64,000 nt of DNA, from contig JAEOUA010000008.1 in assembly GCA_016839555.1 (NCBI GenBank), forward strand, positions 128,001 to 192,000. The letters run 5' to 3'. The notes under the pieces were generated by a model, which was not told where the DNA came from, made no database searches, and saw nothing but the letters and a program-made list of their open reading frames with translations. Within the stretch, counting starts at the first letter, position 1. Every line of letters starts with the position of its first letter. The position numbers were made by a program, and so were the translations under genes. Source of the DNA: Promethearchaeota archaeon. GTDB taxonomy: Archaea; Asgardarchaeota; Lokiarchaeia; Sigyniarchaeales; SOKP01. This document shows positions 9,454 to 19,562 of this stretch, one piece after another.

Positions 9454-9546
9454 GAGGTTTATATGAAGTATTTTTAATCATTGATTTGAATTTTCCTATT
9501 TTAAAAATTGAATTAAAAATTAAATAGGTTTACGGATAGGAATAAA

Positions 9547-9619
9547 TGCGCCCGCCGGGATTTGAACCCGGGTCCCCGGCTTGGAAGGCCGAAATTCTAA
9601 ACCTCTATACCACGAGCGC
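9547..9619 (-). tRNA. tRNA-Gly(TCC), intronless, CCA not encoded
   Basis: Reverse complement GCGCTCGTGGTATAGAGGTTTAGAATTTCGGCCTTCCAAGCCGGGGACCCGGGTTCAAATCCCGGCGGGCGCA folds as a cloverleaf. Anticodon loop CTTCCAA, T-arm GGTTCAAATCC. Confidence 0.96.
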
Positions 9620-9843
9620 AGAGAAGTAGAAGTTAAAGTATAAAATATATTAAACAATTAATATTTAATGGAAAAATTCTTATTTATATATTAATATAGA
9701 TCAACAAAGCTGTATTTTCCATTGTATATGAATATTTTTCGAAGCACACAATCATAAAAAAATTACTTGGATAATTAATCTTTAGAAATACCTATTATAA
9801 TTTCATTTAATGTTCATTATTTTATATTAATAGCATAAATCTT

Positions 9844-12800
9844 TCATAAAAATTCATTAATTGCATCATATCCATCAGGAAATAATTCATTTATAAGATA
9901 GGTTTGGACAAAAAAATTATACCATAAAGAATAACATTTTCCATTAATTGCTTCTTTTACTCTATTCTTTAATCTTAACCATTTTTTATAAAATTTTATA
10001 TATCTATAATGATTATACCAATCTTGTTCTTTAACATCGGGATTTTTCCAATCGACCCATCTATCAGCGAACTCATAGATTGTTTCTTTATCTATACCTG
10101 ATAATAATTCTTTGCCTTCAATAACAATGGGATCCCATAATCCTATATCATTACCATTAAAATATTCATTATTATATATTTCATGATAATATCTTACTAC
10201 TTTAAATAGCTCTTCAAACTTTTTATAATAACTTTCATTTTTATCATATTTTTGAATCGAAAGATCAAACAGGAACTGCATACGAGTTCTTAATATATCA
10301 TTTAACATTTTTGACCTTATACTGGTTCGGTGTAATCTTGAGCCTAACCATCTGTGTGTTTCTTGTATCATTGGAATTAATTCAAAAACAAAACCACTTT
10401 TTTGATTTGGATCTCGACGGAAAATATATAAATATTTATAATCCTTACTAGAATGATGACGTATCGTTCCTTTTATTGTTATTAAAAATTCACAAGTTGC
10501 TGGATCTAATCCTAAAGTAATTCGAATTAAATAAAATAACTGGAACGTGTACATATTTATATTAAGCCATATTTTATCATGACTACCAAGTAAACCATAA
10601 TAAGATTTGTATTTCTCATATATTTGAATTATCTCAATAATTCGTTGAGCTTCATCTAAAATATGAGTATCTTTATTATTTAAAAATTCATTTTTAACAA
10701 AATTCTCAATAATTTGCCATGTATCTTCAGCAGTAATTTTTTCATATAAAGGGACGATTTTATCTGTAAAGAAGTTTTTAGCTTCTGTATATCCTTTAGA
10801 ATAAAATAAATAATTCAATTTTTCTATATTTAATATCTCACCATGAGTTTTATACCACAAAATAATAATTGCATAAGTAATCTTTCTAATATATGTATCT
10901 TGTATGGCGTAAATAGAAAAGTCATAATGACTTTCTCTCCATTTTATGATATCCCTCAAAAGATCTCCTTTAAAGGTTTTTGACTTAAAAGTACTTTTTA
11001 CCCATAATTCAATTTGAAATGCAATATAATCATCCATTTTAGAGATTTTTTTATCTTTTCTAAAATGTGCTGAGAAATATGTTTTACCTAGACCTACTTT
11101 TTCCCCAATTTTATTATAAGTAAGAATAACTCCATATTCTTGAAAATAATATGATTGAAGTTTTTTAAATATTAAAAACTCATCAAGATTAGTTTTTTTT
11201 ATATCAAAAATAGGAATTTCTTGTTTTTTTCTATTATTTCTATATATTGCTAGAGCTCTTAGGATTTGATTTCTTTCTTTATTCGATATTGAATTTTGAT
11301 CATTAATACTAAAAAGAAGCTCATAATGCTTTAATAATTTTCTTTTAAATTGATTATTTTTACTACTTTTAATATTATCTCGTAATTTATCTTCTCCAAA
11401 CCATTTCATGAATTTATTATTTTGATTATTAAACTTTTTATTAATCATTATATTCCTTGCAATTTCATTAATAATTTTTCCAATTATTTTTTCTAAAGAT
11501 GTTATTAGAGAGATATCTTTATTTTTTATAAAATTAGTATATAAAATTAAAAATAAATCAGCTTCTAATAGCAATTCCGATTTTTCTTTAGCATAAGTTG
11601 GATATTCTAATGAGGGGCAAGGTAATTTATAATATTCCCTATACCATTCTTTAAAGTAATTTGTAAACTTTTGATTAATAATTACAGGTTTATTAGGATA
11701 TTTTATCTTGAATATTTCAATAGGGGTTGAAAATGAATTTGGAATCTTATCTGGAGTTCCATATGTTCCTAGATTAGGTAAATTACTATCTGCAACCTCA
11801 AGATTAAAACTATTTTTTTTCGAATATGGTTTTTTTATTATATTGTTTTTACTCTTTTCCTTAATTATAGTTTTTGTAAATAAAGAATTCAATTCATTGA
11901 AATTAATTTTTCTTAAATTTTTTCTTAATTTTTCCTTATCTTTCTCTGATATTCTTTTTTTCTTAGTGATATCTATAATTTTTGATTTTTCTTTCAAAGT
12001 TAACTCTGTAATTTTATATAAATTTGCTTTTATAAAATCCATGAAATTTTTTTTCAAAAAGTATAGATAATATATAATTAATTTATCTTTTTGTAAAACA
12101 TTGTTTTTTTTATCTATTTCATTTTTTACCCATTTTATATAATTTTTAGTAATATTTTCTCTCCATATCGCATTCTTTCCTGTTCTTTTCTCAAATTTTT
12201 TCATTAAATCCGTCTTATCTTGTTTTAAATCGTTTATTTCCAAAAAATGGTTAGAGATCAATCTTTTTTTCTTATTAACTAATTTAATTTTTTCATATTC
12301 CTTTCTTAATGATTCTAATTCCGCCTCTAATTGCGATAATCTTGCGATTTCTCTAACTCTTGTATAAGCTATTTCGCTTAATTTGAAAAATCTTTCCAAC
12401 ATTAACTGTTTTGTCGATCTATAGAACTCCCAGCCCCATCGAATATATTGAGTGGTGTGATATGCAAAAACTGCACCAAAAATCTTAATTAAAGTTTCAG
12501 TCGATAATAGACTTAAAATATTGATGATTTCTTTCTCTTCATCTTTAGAGATCTCTCCCTTAGAAAGGATGGACTGAATCTTAGCTTCATTCTCTTGATC
12601 CAGATCTTTAATATTTAAGAGCTTTTTTTTGAGCTTTTGAGCCCAATCTATAGAGGAAATTTGACTAGTGGGAATTGCCGAAGGATAATAAAGGAGTCTA
12701 AAATAGAGTAATTTAGTAAAAAGGTGTCGTAAAAATTTAGCTTTCTCTATTAAAGCCTGCTCTCGTAGATGAGGCTTATTATAAAGGTCCTTAAAGGATT

Positions 12801-15555
12801 TAAGATTAATAAATAATTGTTTTTCAACATGGGAGACTTCTTTAAAAAAACCTTGAATAATATTAAGCTTGATAAGATCCCTTGTGGTTGCTTCTCCTTT
12901 GATAAATTTATCAATTAAGCTCTTACGAATTCTATGCATTCTTCTTAAAAAACTATATTTGCTTAAAATTCTCAATAATTCATACCTTTCATCTTCTGAG
13001 ATGCTCGTATCTTTAAGATGTTCAATCCAATCCCTTAAAGTTCTTTCCCATTCTTCTTGAAAGTCCTTTTCATTTACTTCTCTAAGTTCTCGTGCTATTT
13101 CTGATAGAAGGTCTTGGAGCTCCTCCCCTTCTAATTGTTCCTCTCTCCTTTTATCTTTCTCCTTCTGTTGCTCATTTTCTTCGGCTTCATCGAGAGCTTC
13201 CTGATCTAAAGAATCACTCAAGGGCTCCTTTATTTCCTTATAAACATCTATATTTTCCTTTTCTTCTGCTAAATCCTCTAAATGATCATTTTTTTGTGTA
13301 TCTGAAAGCTCTTCTTTTTTTCGATTTTCTTTTATTTGTTTCTCTTTTGTTAGCTTCTTTTTTTGTTCAATAGTTTTGGAATAATCATCGGTTAAGATTT
13401 TTGATTCTAAATATGAGGTCTCTTCAGCTAGATATCCCATCTCTTCTTCTACTTCTCTTTCCTTTTCCTTTTCTCTTTCCTTTTCCTTCTGGTTAAGATC
13501 CTCTTCTAAAATTTCTAATTCTTTTTCTGAATCATCTTTTACTTCCGAAATCAGAGTTGCATCTGTTCTCTGTTCATTTTTCTCTTCAATTACCATTTTT
13601 TCTTTTATATCTTTTTCATTATCAATCTCTGGATGAGTTCGCTCAAGTTCTGCTTTCTCATCATTACTATAATCAAGATCGTACAGCAGTTCCTCGAAAT
13701 CCGTAGGCTTTTCGGTTGTTTCCTCAATTATGTCTGAACCAGATTCTATGTTTTTTTTAGTATCCTCTATTGTTTCATCAATAAAATCTTGCTGAGTGTG
13801 TTCCCCTTGTGTTTCTTTTGTCTTCTCAGCTTCTTTGATTTCTTCCTTTTCTTTATTGATAATTTCTTTATAGGGGATGGGTCCTTCTAATTCACAATAG
13901 ATCTCCCGCACGATATTATTATTCTCATCATAAGAGCTTGTTTCTCCCTTAGTTTCTTGTTCCTTTTCTAGTTCCTTTTCTTTAATTTCCTGTTCCTTAA
14001 GTGATTTCACTACTTCTTTATCTTCCTCGGTATTTTCTAGCACATGTGGGATCTCTAATTTCTTAGCATTTGCTTTCTCAACTTGTTTTTCTTTCTCAGA
14101 AGTAGTTCTTTCTTTTGGGTTCTCATCTAACTCTCTTCCTTTATCTTTAAGAATTTCTGCCACCTCGTTGTCTTCTGCTGTATTCTCTAAAATGGACTCT
14201 ATTTCTAATTTCTTTGCATTTCCCTTGAATTCTTTTTCTTCTTGTTCATCTTGTTTGGAGCTTTCTTTATTCTCCTCCCTTATTTCTCTTTCATTTTCCG
14301 TAATAGACTCCCTAACTTCTGTATCCTCTGTAGTATCACCTAATACGGGATCTATTTCTAATTTCTTTGCATTCCCTTTAAATTCTCTTTCTTCATTCTC
14401 CCACTCTTTTTCCTCAAGTTCAGGATTTTCCTCTGATTCGGGTTCTACATCACTCTCTGAGGCTATTTCTTCAGATTCCGTTGCTTCTGGATTGTTTTCC
14501 ATCTCCCCTTCATTTAATTCATTCTCATGGTGGTTATTGTTTAACAATTCCTCTGTTCTTTCCATTTCTTCTCTGGAATTTTTTTCCGACTCTCGATCAA
14601 TCTCCAAGGCTTGCTCGATAGCTGAATCTAATTCTTTAAGCTCTGCAAATTTTTTATCATCAACCTCAATAAATCTTTCAACATCTAAATCCTCGGTTTC
14701 TTCCTCTGATGATGAAGTTTCTTCATCTTTTCCATAAGATTGCTCTTTTTCTTTCTCTTGCTCTTTAGATTCTTTTTCTTTTGATATTAAAGAAGAGGAG
14801 AGAGAGCCGGCAGGATTTTCTAACTCACTATTGCCCTCCTCCTCATGACCTTTTTCATCTGTTCTCTCTGAAGATGATTCTTCTTCAACATTCTCTTTTT
14901 CATTTATGCTTTTCTCTGCGGTTCCCTCATTAGTTTCTGGCTCATTTACTTCCTCTGTTATAGAAGTGCCCTCAATTTCCCTTATAAAATCAAGATTAGG
15001 TTCGAATGGATTATTTTTCTCAAATTCTTCATGAATATTTTCAAATATATCTGGATTAGGTTCAAATGGATTATTTTTCTCAAATTCTTCATGAATGTTT
15101 TCAAATATATCTAGATCGGGCTCGAACGGATTATTTTTTTCAAACTCTTCATGAATATTTTCAAATATATCTGGATCGGGTTTAAATGGATTATTTTCTT
15201 CATAATTCTCCTCGATGTTTTCTAATAAGTCAAGATTAGGCTCAAACGGATTATTTTTTTCATAATTTTCCTCAAAGTTTTCTAAAAAATCATTACAAAA
15301 CTCTGATTGACTATTTTCTTCGAAATCTGAATCAAGATCTTTATCATTATCTTCAAGATCATTATTATTTTCATTAGAATTACTCTCATTAGCATTATCA
15401 TTATCAAATTCTAAACCTGAATCAGAATCAATCCCTTTGCCAGAATCTGATTCTTTGGTTTCTTTTTCTGTTTCTTTTCCATCTGAAGGACTTGCGGCAC
15501 CACTTCCCTTTTCGTCATCTGCTTCACCACCAGTTTCATAGCTGCCTTCTACCAA
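9844..15555 (-). CDS. Giant hypothetical protein (1903 aa): acidic repeat-rich disordered N-half, basic C-half with possible HTH and His-rich nuclease-like tip
   Basis: Long uninterrupted ORF. NNPF 20-aa repeats and NAKKLEI repeats. HTH-like LTYNKIGEKVGLGKTYFS. RHH...LIPMIQETH near the C-terminus. Confidence 0.75.
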   Translation of the reverse strand: MVEGSYETGGEADDEKGSGAASPSDGKETEKETKESDSGKGIDSDSGLEFDNDNANESNSNENNNDLEDNDKDLDSDFEENSQSEFCNDFLENFEENYEKNNPFEPNLDLLENIEENYEENNPFKPDPDIFENIHEEFEKNNPFEPDLDIFENIHEEFEKNNPFEPNPDIFENIHEEFEKNNPFEPNLDFIREIEGTSITEEVNEPETNEGTAEKSINEKENVEEESSSERTDEKGHEEEGNSELENPAGSLSSSLISKEKESKEQEKEKEQSYGKDEETSSSEEETEDLDVERFIEVDDKKFAELKELDSAIEQALEIDRESEKNSREEMERTEELLNNNHHENELNEGEMENNPEATESEEIASESDVEPESEENPELEEKEWENEEREFKGNAKKLEIDPVLGDTTEDTEVRESITENEREIREENKESSKQDEQEEKEFKGNAKKLEIESILENTAEDNEVAEILKDKGRELDENPKERTTSEKEKQVEKANAKKLEIPHVLENTEEDKEVVKSLKEQEIKEKELEKEQETKGETSSYDENNNIVREIYCELEGPIPYKEIINKEKEEIKEAEKTKETQGEHTQQDFIDETIEDTKKNIESGSDIIEETTEKPTDFEELLYDLDYSNDEKAELERTHPEIDNEKDIKEKMVIEEKNEQRTDATLISEVKDDSEKELEILEEDLNQKEKEREKEKEREVEEEMGYLAEETSYLESKILTDDYSKTIEQKKKLTKEKQIKENRKKEELSDTQKNDHLEDLAEEKENIDVYKEIKEPLSDSLDQEALDEAEENEQQKEKDKRREEQLEGEELQDLLSEIARELREVNEKDFQEEWERTLRDWIEHLKDTSISEDERYELLRILSKYSFLRRMHRIRKSLIDKFIKGEATTRDLIKLNIIQGFFKEVSHVEKQLFINLKSFKDLYNKPHLREQALIEKAKFLRHLFTKLLYFRLLYYPSAIPTSQISSIDWAQKLKKKLLNIKDLDQENEAKIQSILSKGEISKDEEKEIINILSLLSTETLIKIFGAVFAYHTTQYIRWGWEFYRSTKQLMLERFFKLSEIAYTRVREIARLSQLEAELESLRKEYEKIKLVNKKKRLISNHFLEINDLKQDKTDLMKKFEKRTGKNAIWRENITKNYIKWVKNEIDKKNNVLQKDKLIIYYLYFLKKNFMDFIKANLYKITELTLKEKSKIIDITKKKRISEKDKEKLRKNLRKINFNELNSLFTKTIIKEKSKNNIIKKPYSKKNSFNLEVADSNLPNLGTYGTPDKIPNSFSTPIEIFKIKYPNKPVIINQKFTNYFKEWYREYYKLPCPSLEYPTYAKEKSELLLEADLFLILYTNFIKNKDISLITSLEKIIGKIINEIARNIMINKKFNNQNNKFMKWFGEDKLRDNIKSSKNNQFKRKLLKHYELLFSINDQNSISNKERNQILRALAIYRNNRKKQEIPIFDIKKTNLDEFLIFKKLQSYYFQEYGVILTYNKIGEKVGLGKTYFSAHFRKDKKISKMDDYIAFQIELWVKSTFKSKTFKGDLLRDIIKWRESHYDFSIYAIQDTYIRKITYAIIILWYKTHGEILNIEKLNYLFYSKGYTEAKNFFTDKIVPLYEKITAEDTWQIIENFVKNEFLNNKDTHILDEAQRIIEIIQIYEKYKSYYGLLGSHDKIWLNINMYTFQLFYLIRITLGLDPATCEFLITIKGTIRHHSSKDYKYLYIFRRDPNQKSGFVFELIPMIQETHRWLGSRLHRTSIRSKMLNDILRTRMQFLFDLSIQKYDKNESYYKKFEELFKVVRYYHEIYNNEYFNGNDIGLWDPIVIEGKELLSGIDKETIYEFADRWVDWKNPDVKEQDWYNHYRYIKFYKKWLRLKNRVKEAINGKCYSLWYNFFVQTYLINELFPDGYDAINEFL
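14010..14390 (-). repeat. Three dispersed coding repeats (period about 150 nt), unit (K/A)GNAKKLEIxxxLxxTxEDxEV
   Basis: Cores related to atttctaatttctttgcatt at about 14051, 14201 and 14354. Confidence 0.8.
14985..15290 (-). repeat. Five tandem 60-bp (20-aa) coding repeats EKNNPFEPNxDxFENIHEEF
   Basis: Successive 60-nt lines 15001-15300 are near-identical. Confidence 0.92.
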
Positions 15556-15582
15556 AGTTAAACACTCTTCATTATTTCATTT

Positions 15583-16473
15583 TTAATTTTTATGCGTAGT
15601 TTGATTATTATTTTCACTTATTTTAGTCTTACCATCTAAATTTTGTTTTATATTTCCTTTTTCCTTGAGTTCGCTTGAGGATTTTTGCATCTCTTGAATA
15701 GTTGATTCTGGAAAATGTGGTTGCTTAGTCTCTTCTTTCTTAGCAATAAGTTTTTCTTTGGTTTGCTTATTATTTATTACTAATGCTAACCATTCATCAG
15801 GTTTCTCAAAAGGATCAACTTCCCATTCGAACTTATCTGGTAGCCAGCTTTTAAGAGTATTAAGAGAGTTATATTCTTCGAATTCTTTGTCAAATCTATC
15901 TATAAATTCACTATTAGGCTTAAAAGGATTATTATCTTTGAATTCTTCCTCAAAGTTTTCTAACATATTGAGATTAGGTTCAAACGGATTATTTTTTTCA
16001 TAAATTTCCTTAAAATTTTCTAAAAAGTCAAGATTAGGCTTAAAAGGATTATTATCCTTGAATTCTTCCTCAAAGTTTTCTAATAAGTCAAGATTAGGTT
16101 CAAATGGCTTATTTTTTTCATAATTGTTTTCAAAATCTTCTAAAAAGTCTAAATAAGGTTTTAAGGGACTTTTTTCCTCAATTTTCAAATGAAAATCACG
16201 TGAAACATTTTTTGACATATATTCCTCCTGCAAATCACTATTTTTTTTATCTCTAGAGATTGTAACGCTAATTTTATTAAACATAGCTGATTTTTCAGGC
16301 TGTCCTGAGAAATCTGGATCAGGGTTAAATATTTCTGATCCAATTTGCTCTACTTCATCTGCAGTACTATGTTGGGCAAGGAAGTTAGCAAAAGAGTAGT
16401 CGTAGCGCCTCCACATATCACCTCCTTCTTCAGCCTCTTTTATTTCTTTCAATTCTCTTTTGGATTTCTTCAC
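15583..16473 (-). CDS. Acidic hypothetical protein sharing the 20-aa NNPF repeat with the downstream giant protein
   Basis: 296 aa. Repeats EKNNPFEPNLDLLENFEEEF / KDNNPFKPNLDFLENF. Confidence 0.75.
   Translation of the reverse strand: MKKSKRELKEIKEAEEGGDMWRRYDYSFANFLAQHSTADEVEQIGSEIFNPDPDFSGQPEKSAMFNKISVTISRDKKNSDLQEEYMSKNVSRDFHLKIEEKSPLKPYLDFLEDFENNYEKNKPFEPNLDLLENFEEEFKDNNPFKPNLDFLENFKEIYEKNNPFEPNLNMLENFEEEFKDNNPFKPNSEFIDRFDKEFEEYNSLNTLKSWLPDKFEWEVDPFEKPDEWLALVINNKQTKEKLIAKKEETKQPHFPESTIQEMQKSSSELKEKGNIKQNLDGKTKISENNNQTTHKN
15880..16180 (-). repeat. About five tandem 60-bp coding repeats with alternating A/B units (120-bp higher-order period)
   Basis: attaggcttaaaaggattattatc units alternate with attaggttcaaa(c/t)gg units. 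Confidence 0.88.
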
Positions 16474-16487
16474 TTTAGTACCTCTTA

Positions 16488-18407
16488 TTATAATTTGCTA
16501 TCTATAGTTTTCATTACAAATCTCTCTCCACGTCCTCCATTCAAAACTAAAAGATTTCTATTTTGAAGGGATTTAAGAAACTCCTGCTCCTCCAAAATGT
16601 TTGTAAATCGCTCCACATCATCTTTTTGTTCCCGAAAAACAAAACTTAGGCTCACCAGCTTTGTTACGAAATTAAGTAAATCTGAGGGCGTCTGATCTAC
16701 TATTACAATTGAGGTTCCTTTTCCCCTAAATTCTTGTAGTAAATTTTTAAACACACTTCCTAATTGTCGACGTGAAATCATATCCTCTTCACTTATATTA
16801 CCCCTTGCATCTGCCACTAAATTATGAGCTTCATCTAGGCAAATCAAATATTTCAATGTATTTACTTCTTGCTCTGGAGTCAAAGCTTGTACCATCTGAA
16901 AGATTGCGTTCGCTAAGAGTCGTCGAGAATATAAATCAGCTGGATGGAGGTCGATGTATACATTTTTTCCCGCTCTCCATTCCTTAAACCATTGAGGAAT
17001 AAGATTATTTTCTTCCAGACGAGTGGTATCCATTAAGTAATCATCTACGAATAAACATTTCGTACGATTATTAAAAGCCTGTAAAACATCGGTTTGATAT
17101 TTTATATGGTATGGATTTTTTTCGAACCAATATACTACAGCATAAAATAATTCTGAGAGTGTGCTTGGTAAATGCCCTTTTATAAGAAAATATAAGCCCA
17201 TAATATTTACGAAGATTTTATTTAGTGGCTCCTCAAATCCTAATGAACCTGCCAGATAATCGGCCGTTTGCTGGAGACATTTGCTCCGATAAGCCCCATC
17301 TACATAATATGGGATTTTACAATCCGATGTCCCATAACGAACAATACGATCTACTGGAAATTTTCCCTCTTGGAATCCTTTTCCTACATTTATTATTAAA
17401 ATTCCGACCTCAGGGGCTTTTTTCGCAAATTGGCTACAAATTTGGCTGAGTAAGGTGGTTTTGCCAGTCTTCGGCATACCACAAATCAATACACTATGGT
17501 CAAAATCGTCTTTTGTCATACAAATTTTTTGAGAGGTTTCCACACCATTCTTCACATAATTCCCTAATATAAATTTTTTATCATCAAAATGGAGTGAATC
17601 ATAGATATTTTCCTTTTTAAAATAAGCAGCCTTTTGAAGAGGTAATTCAGGGAAAAAAATAAAATCAAAGCTGTGCGATTCTCCTCTACAAGTAAGAGTC
17701 TCGCCAATAAACACATTACTCGTCATAATTTTATTCCAGACACTCATTTCTTTTTTAATCCACTCTCCGTATTGAATATCTTTTCTAAAACCCATACTTA
17801 TGTACTGCAATCTCCCTAATAATTCATGAAGGCCGGTATCAAGGGATTTTTTTATAGGATTTATTTTTAAATAGATCTTTATATGATAGGGAGCAAGTGG
17901 TTCCCGTGCGGTTCTCCAAAAAATGTTGAATTGAACATTTAAGGATGTAAGGTATTTTGATAATGCAATCATGCGCTTAAAAATTATAAAGCGATTATTG
18001 GGATGAGCCTTAAATGCGGGAAATTTCAACTCATATAATTGAGCACCTTCCTCAAGTGGTGCATTAGTACTAGGGACCACAGACAAGGTTCCAGACAATC
18101 CGAGATAAGTATCCTCTAAAAAAGTAAGAAAAGTGTATCCTTTGATGGCTGCGTCCTTCTTGGATCGTTCTGTTATATAAAAAATGAGTCTAAATTCCCT
18201 TCCCATTTGTAGTTCCATACAATAAATCCTATTATGATCAGAAAAGGGATCTGCCAACCAAGATATTAAATAATCATATTTAGATTCATCTCCTAACGAT
18301 TTTAAATGATCTGAAGGACGGGAGGGTATCTGAGTTATTTCAATACGTGCTTGCCAATAACCCTCAAATCCTAATCGATTTTTAATGATCTCTGTATCTT
18401 TTATCAT
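16488..18407 (-). CDS. HerA/VirB4/VirD4-like (FtsK-HerA superfamily) ATPase
   Basis: Walker A GMPKTGKT, Walker B LICLDEAH, EFRGKG (Arg-finger region) and IVDQTP sensor. Confidence 0.85.
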   Translation of the reverse strand: MIKDTEIIKNRLGFEGYWQARIEITQIPSRPSDHLKSLGDESKYDYLISWLADPFSDHNRIYCMELQMGREFRLIFYITERSKKDAAIKGYTFLTFLEDTYLGLSGTLSVVPSTNAPLEEGAQLYELKFPAFKAHPNNRFIIFKRMIALSKYLTSLNVQFNIFWRTAREPLAPYHIKIYLKINPIKKSLDTGLHELLGRLQYISMGFRKDIQYGEWIKKEMSVWNKIMTSNVFIGETLTCRGESHSFDFIFFPELPLQKAAYFKKENIYDSLHFDDKKFILGNYVKNGVETSQKICMTKDDFDHSVLICGMPKTGKTTLLSQICSQFAKKAPEVGILIINVGKGFQEGKFPVDRIVRYGTSDCKIPYYVDGAYRSKCLQQTADYLAGSLGFEEPLNKIFVNIMGLYFLIKGHLPSTLSELFYAVVYWFEKNPYHIKYQTDVLQAFNNRTKCLFVDDYLMDTTRLEENNLIPQWFKEWRAGKNVYIDLHPADLYSRRLLANAIFQMVQALTPEQEVNTLKYLICLDEAHNLVADARGNISEEDMISRRQLGSVFKNLLQEFRGKGTSIVIVDQTPSDLLNFVTKLVSLSFVFREQKDDVERFTNILEEQEFLKSLQNRNLLVLNGGRGERFVMKTIDSKL

Positions 18408-18575
18408 ACTTTTTCTTTCACCTTTTTTATTTTTGTTTCAATTGTTAAATACTTTTGCTATTTACTTTTAAATAAAAAATTCAAATCATTTGTAAATCTA
18501 AAAAATATTTTTATAAGATCTATATAAACAAAAAAAGAAAGTGATTTTTTCTTTATCCCCCACTTTGAAAAACCT

Positions 18576-19394
18576 TTACCACTGTGCGGTGCCTTCATCT
18601 TTTTCCTTAGAATTATTGGATTTAAACCTCTTCTTATGCGGGTCTTCTGCCTTTTCTGTATCATAGGATTGGCGGCGCTCTTTAAAATGCTTATATAAGT
18701 GCCTTATGCCCTTGAATAAATATTTATAAACGTAATAAAACGCCCCTAAGAGTAAAAGAAACAGTGCTTCATGAGGAAATATCCATCCATAAATACAAAC
18801 TATTATGGTACCCGTAATAAAAGAGGGTATCAACAGGAAGATTTGATATAAGGTATAGGTAGGGTCTCTACTCACTGCTGCCCCAATGCAATATATGTCT
18901 TCTGCGGATGGCGCTATTCCCACTATTAATGAAATGATGACTAATAGAATAATGAGACAACCCCAGAAATCTAAATTCGCATTGAAAAGAATTTGGATTA
19001 AGGGCCATAGGATCCAGAAGAGAACGTACACAGGTGCGAGTGCCCCTAAAAGAGCTTGCAGAAAAGTAAAGGGACTCTCCTCATGAATATTTACACTTCC
19101 ATAATAGCTATATTTCTTCACCGTACCATGATTTTCTTTGTCCCATCCTAATAATTTAATCTCCCTCACAGGCGCTCCAGTTAGTTTACAAATAATTAAA
19201 TGCGCAAGTTCGTGAGAAGCGATCCCTAAAATAAAAAAAATACGCGCAAAATTTCTCACTCCATTGGACGCCTTATTTACTAATAAATATTTTACGATAA
19301 AGGAGATAAGGACAAAAATAATCATCGCAAAAAACCCATCAAATAGAATTGGAATAATTACTTCAAAAAGAGTGGTAAAAAATCCATTTTCCAT
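18576..19394 (-). CDS. Membrane-embedded zinc metalloprotease (M50/M50B-like)
   Basis: HELAH (HExxH) in a TM context, ALAP, and PSAED as a putative third-ligand motif. Several TM helices. Confidence 0.75.
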   Translation of the reverse strand: MENGFFTTLFEVIIPILFDGFFAMIIFVLISFIVKYLLVNKASNGVRNFARIFFILGIASHELAHLIICKLTGAPVREIKLLGWDKENHGTVKKYSYYGSVNIHEESPFTFLQALLGALAPVYVLFWILWPLIQILFNANLDFWGCLIILLVIISLIVGIAPSAEDIYCIGAAVSRDPTYTLYQIFLLIPSFITGTIIVCIYGWIFPHEALFLLLLGAFYYVYKYLFKGIRHLYKHFKERRQSYDTEKAEDPHKKRFKSNNSKEKDEGTAQW

Positions 19395-19562
19395 AGTTTT
19401 TAACCTATTTTAATTATTTTATAATCTAATCTTTGTTTGCTAGTATTCATAGAAAAATAGAAAATAGATCTATTTAAAAAAAAATTGTAGAAAGAAAAAA
19501 ATAAAAAAATCCTTAAATTAAAATCCCACGTCAAATAATGCATTATAATTCCTCTTATTCGT

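Noticed and set aside
9547-9619. tRNA-Gly as the attachment site of an integrated element spanning the accessory region
   Set aside because: No duplicated tRNA fragment or integrase was seen in the window, and the accessory genes lie on the tRNA's 5' side. This cannot be excluded beyond the window.
15556-15585. A second intron joining the 296-aa and 1903-aa ORFs
   Set aside because: No BHB-like pairing in the gap and no homology evidence that they form one protein.
14985-16180. 60-bp repeats as a CRISPR array
   Set aside because: The units are contiguous, in-frame coding repeats without unique spacers, and there are no cas genes.
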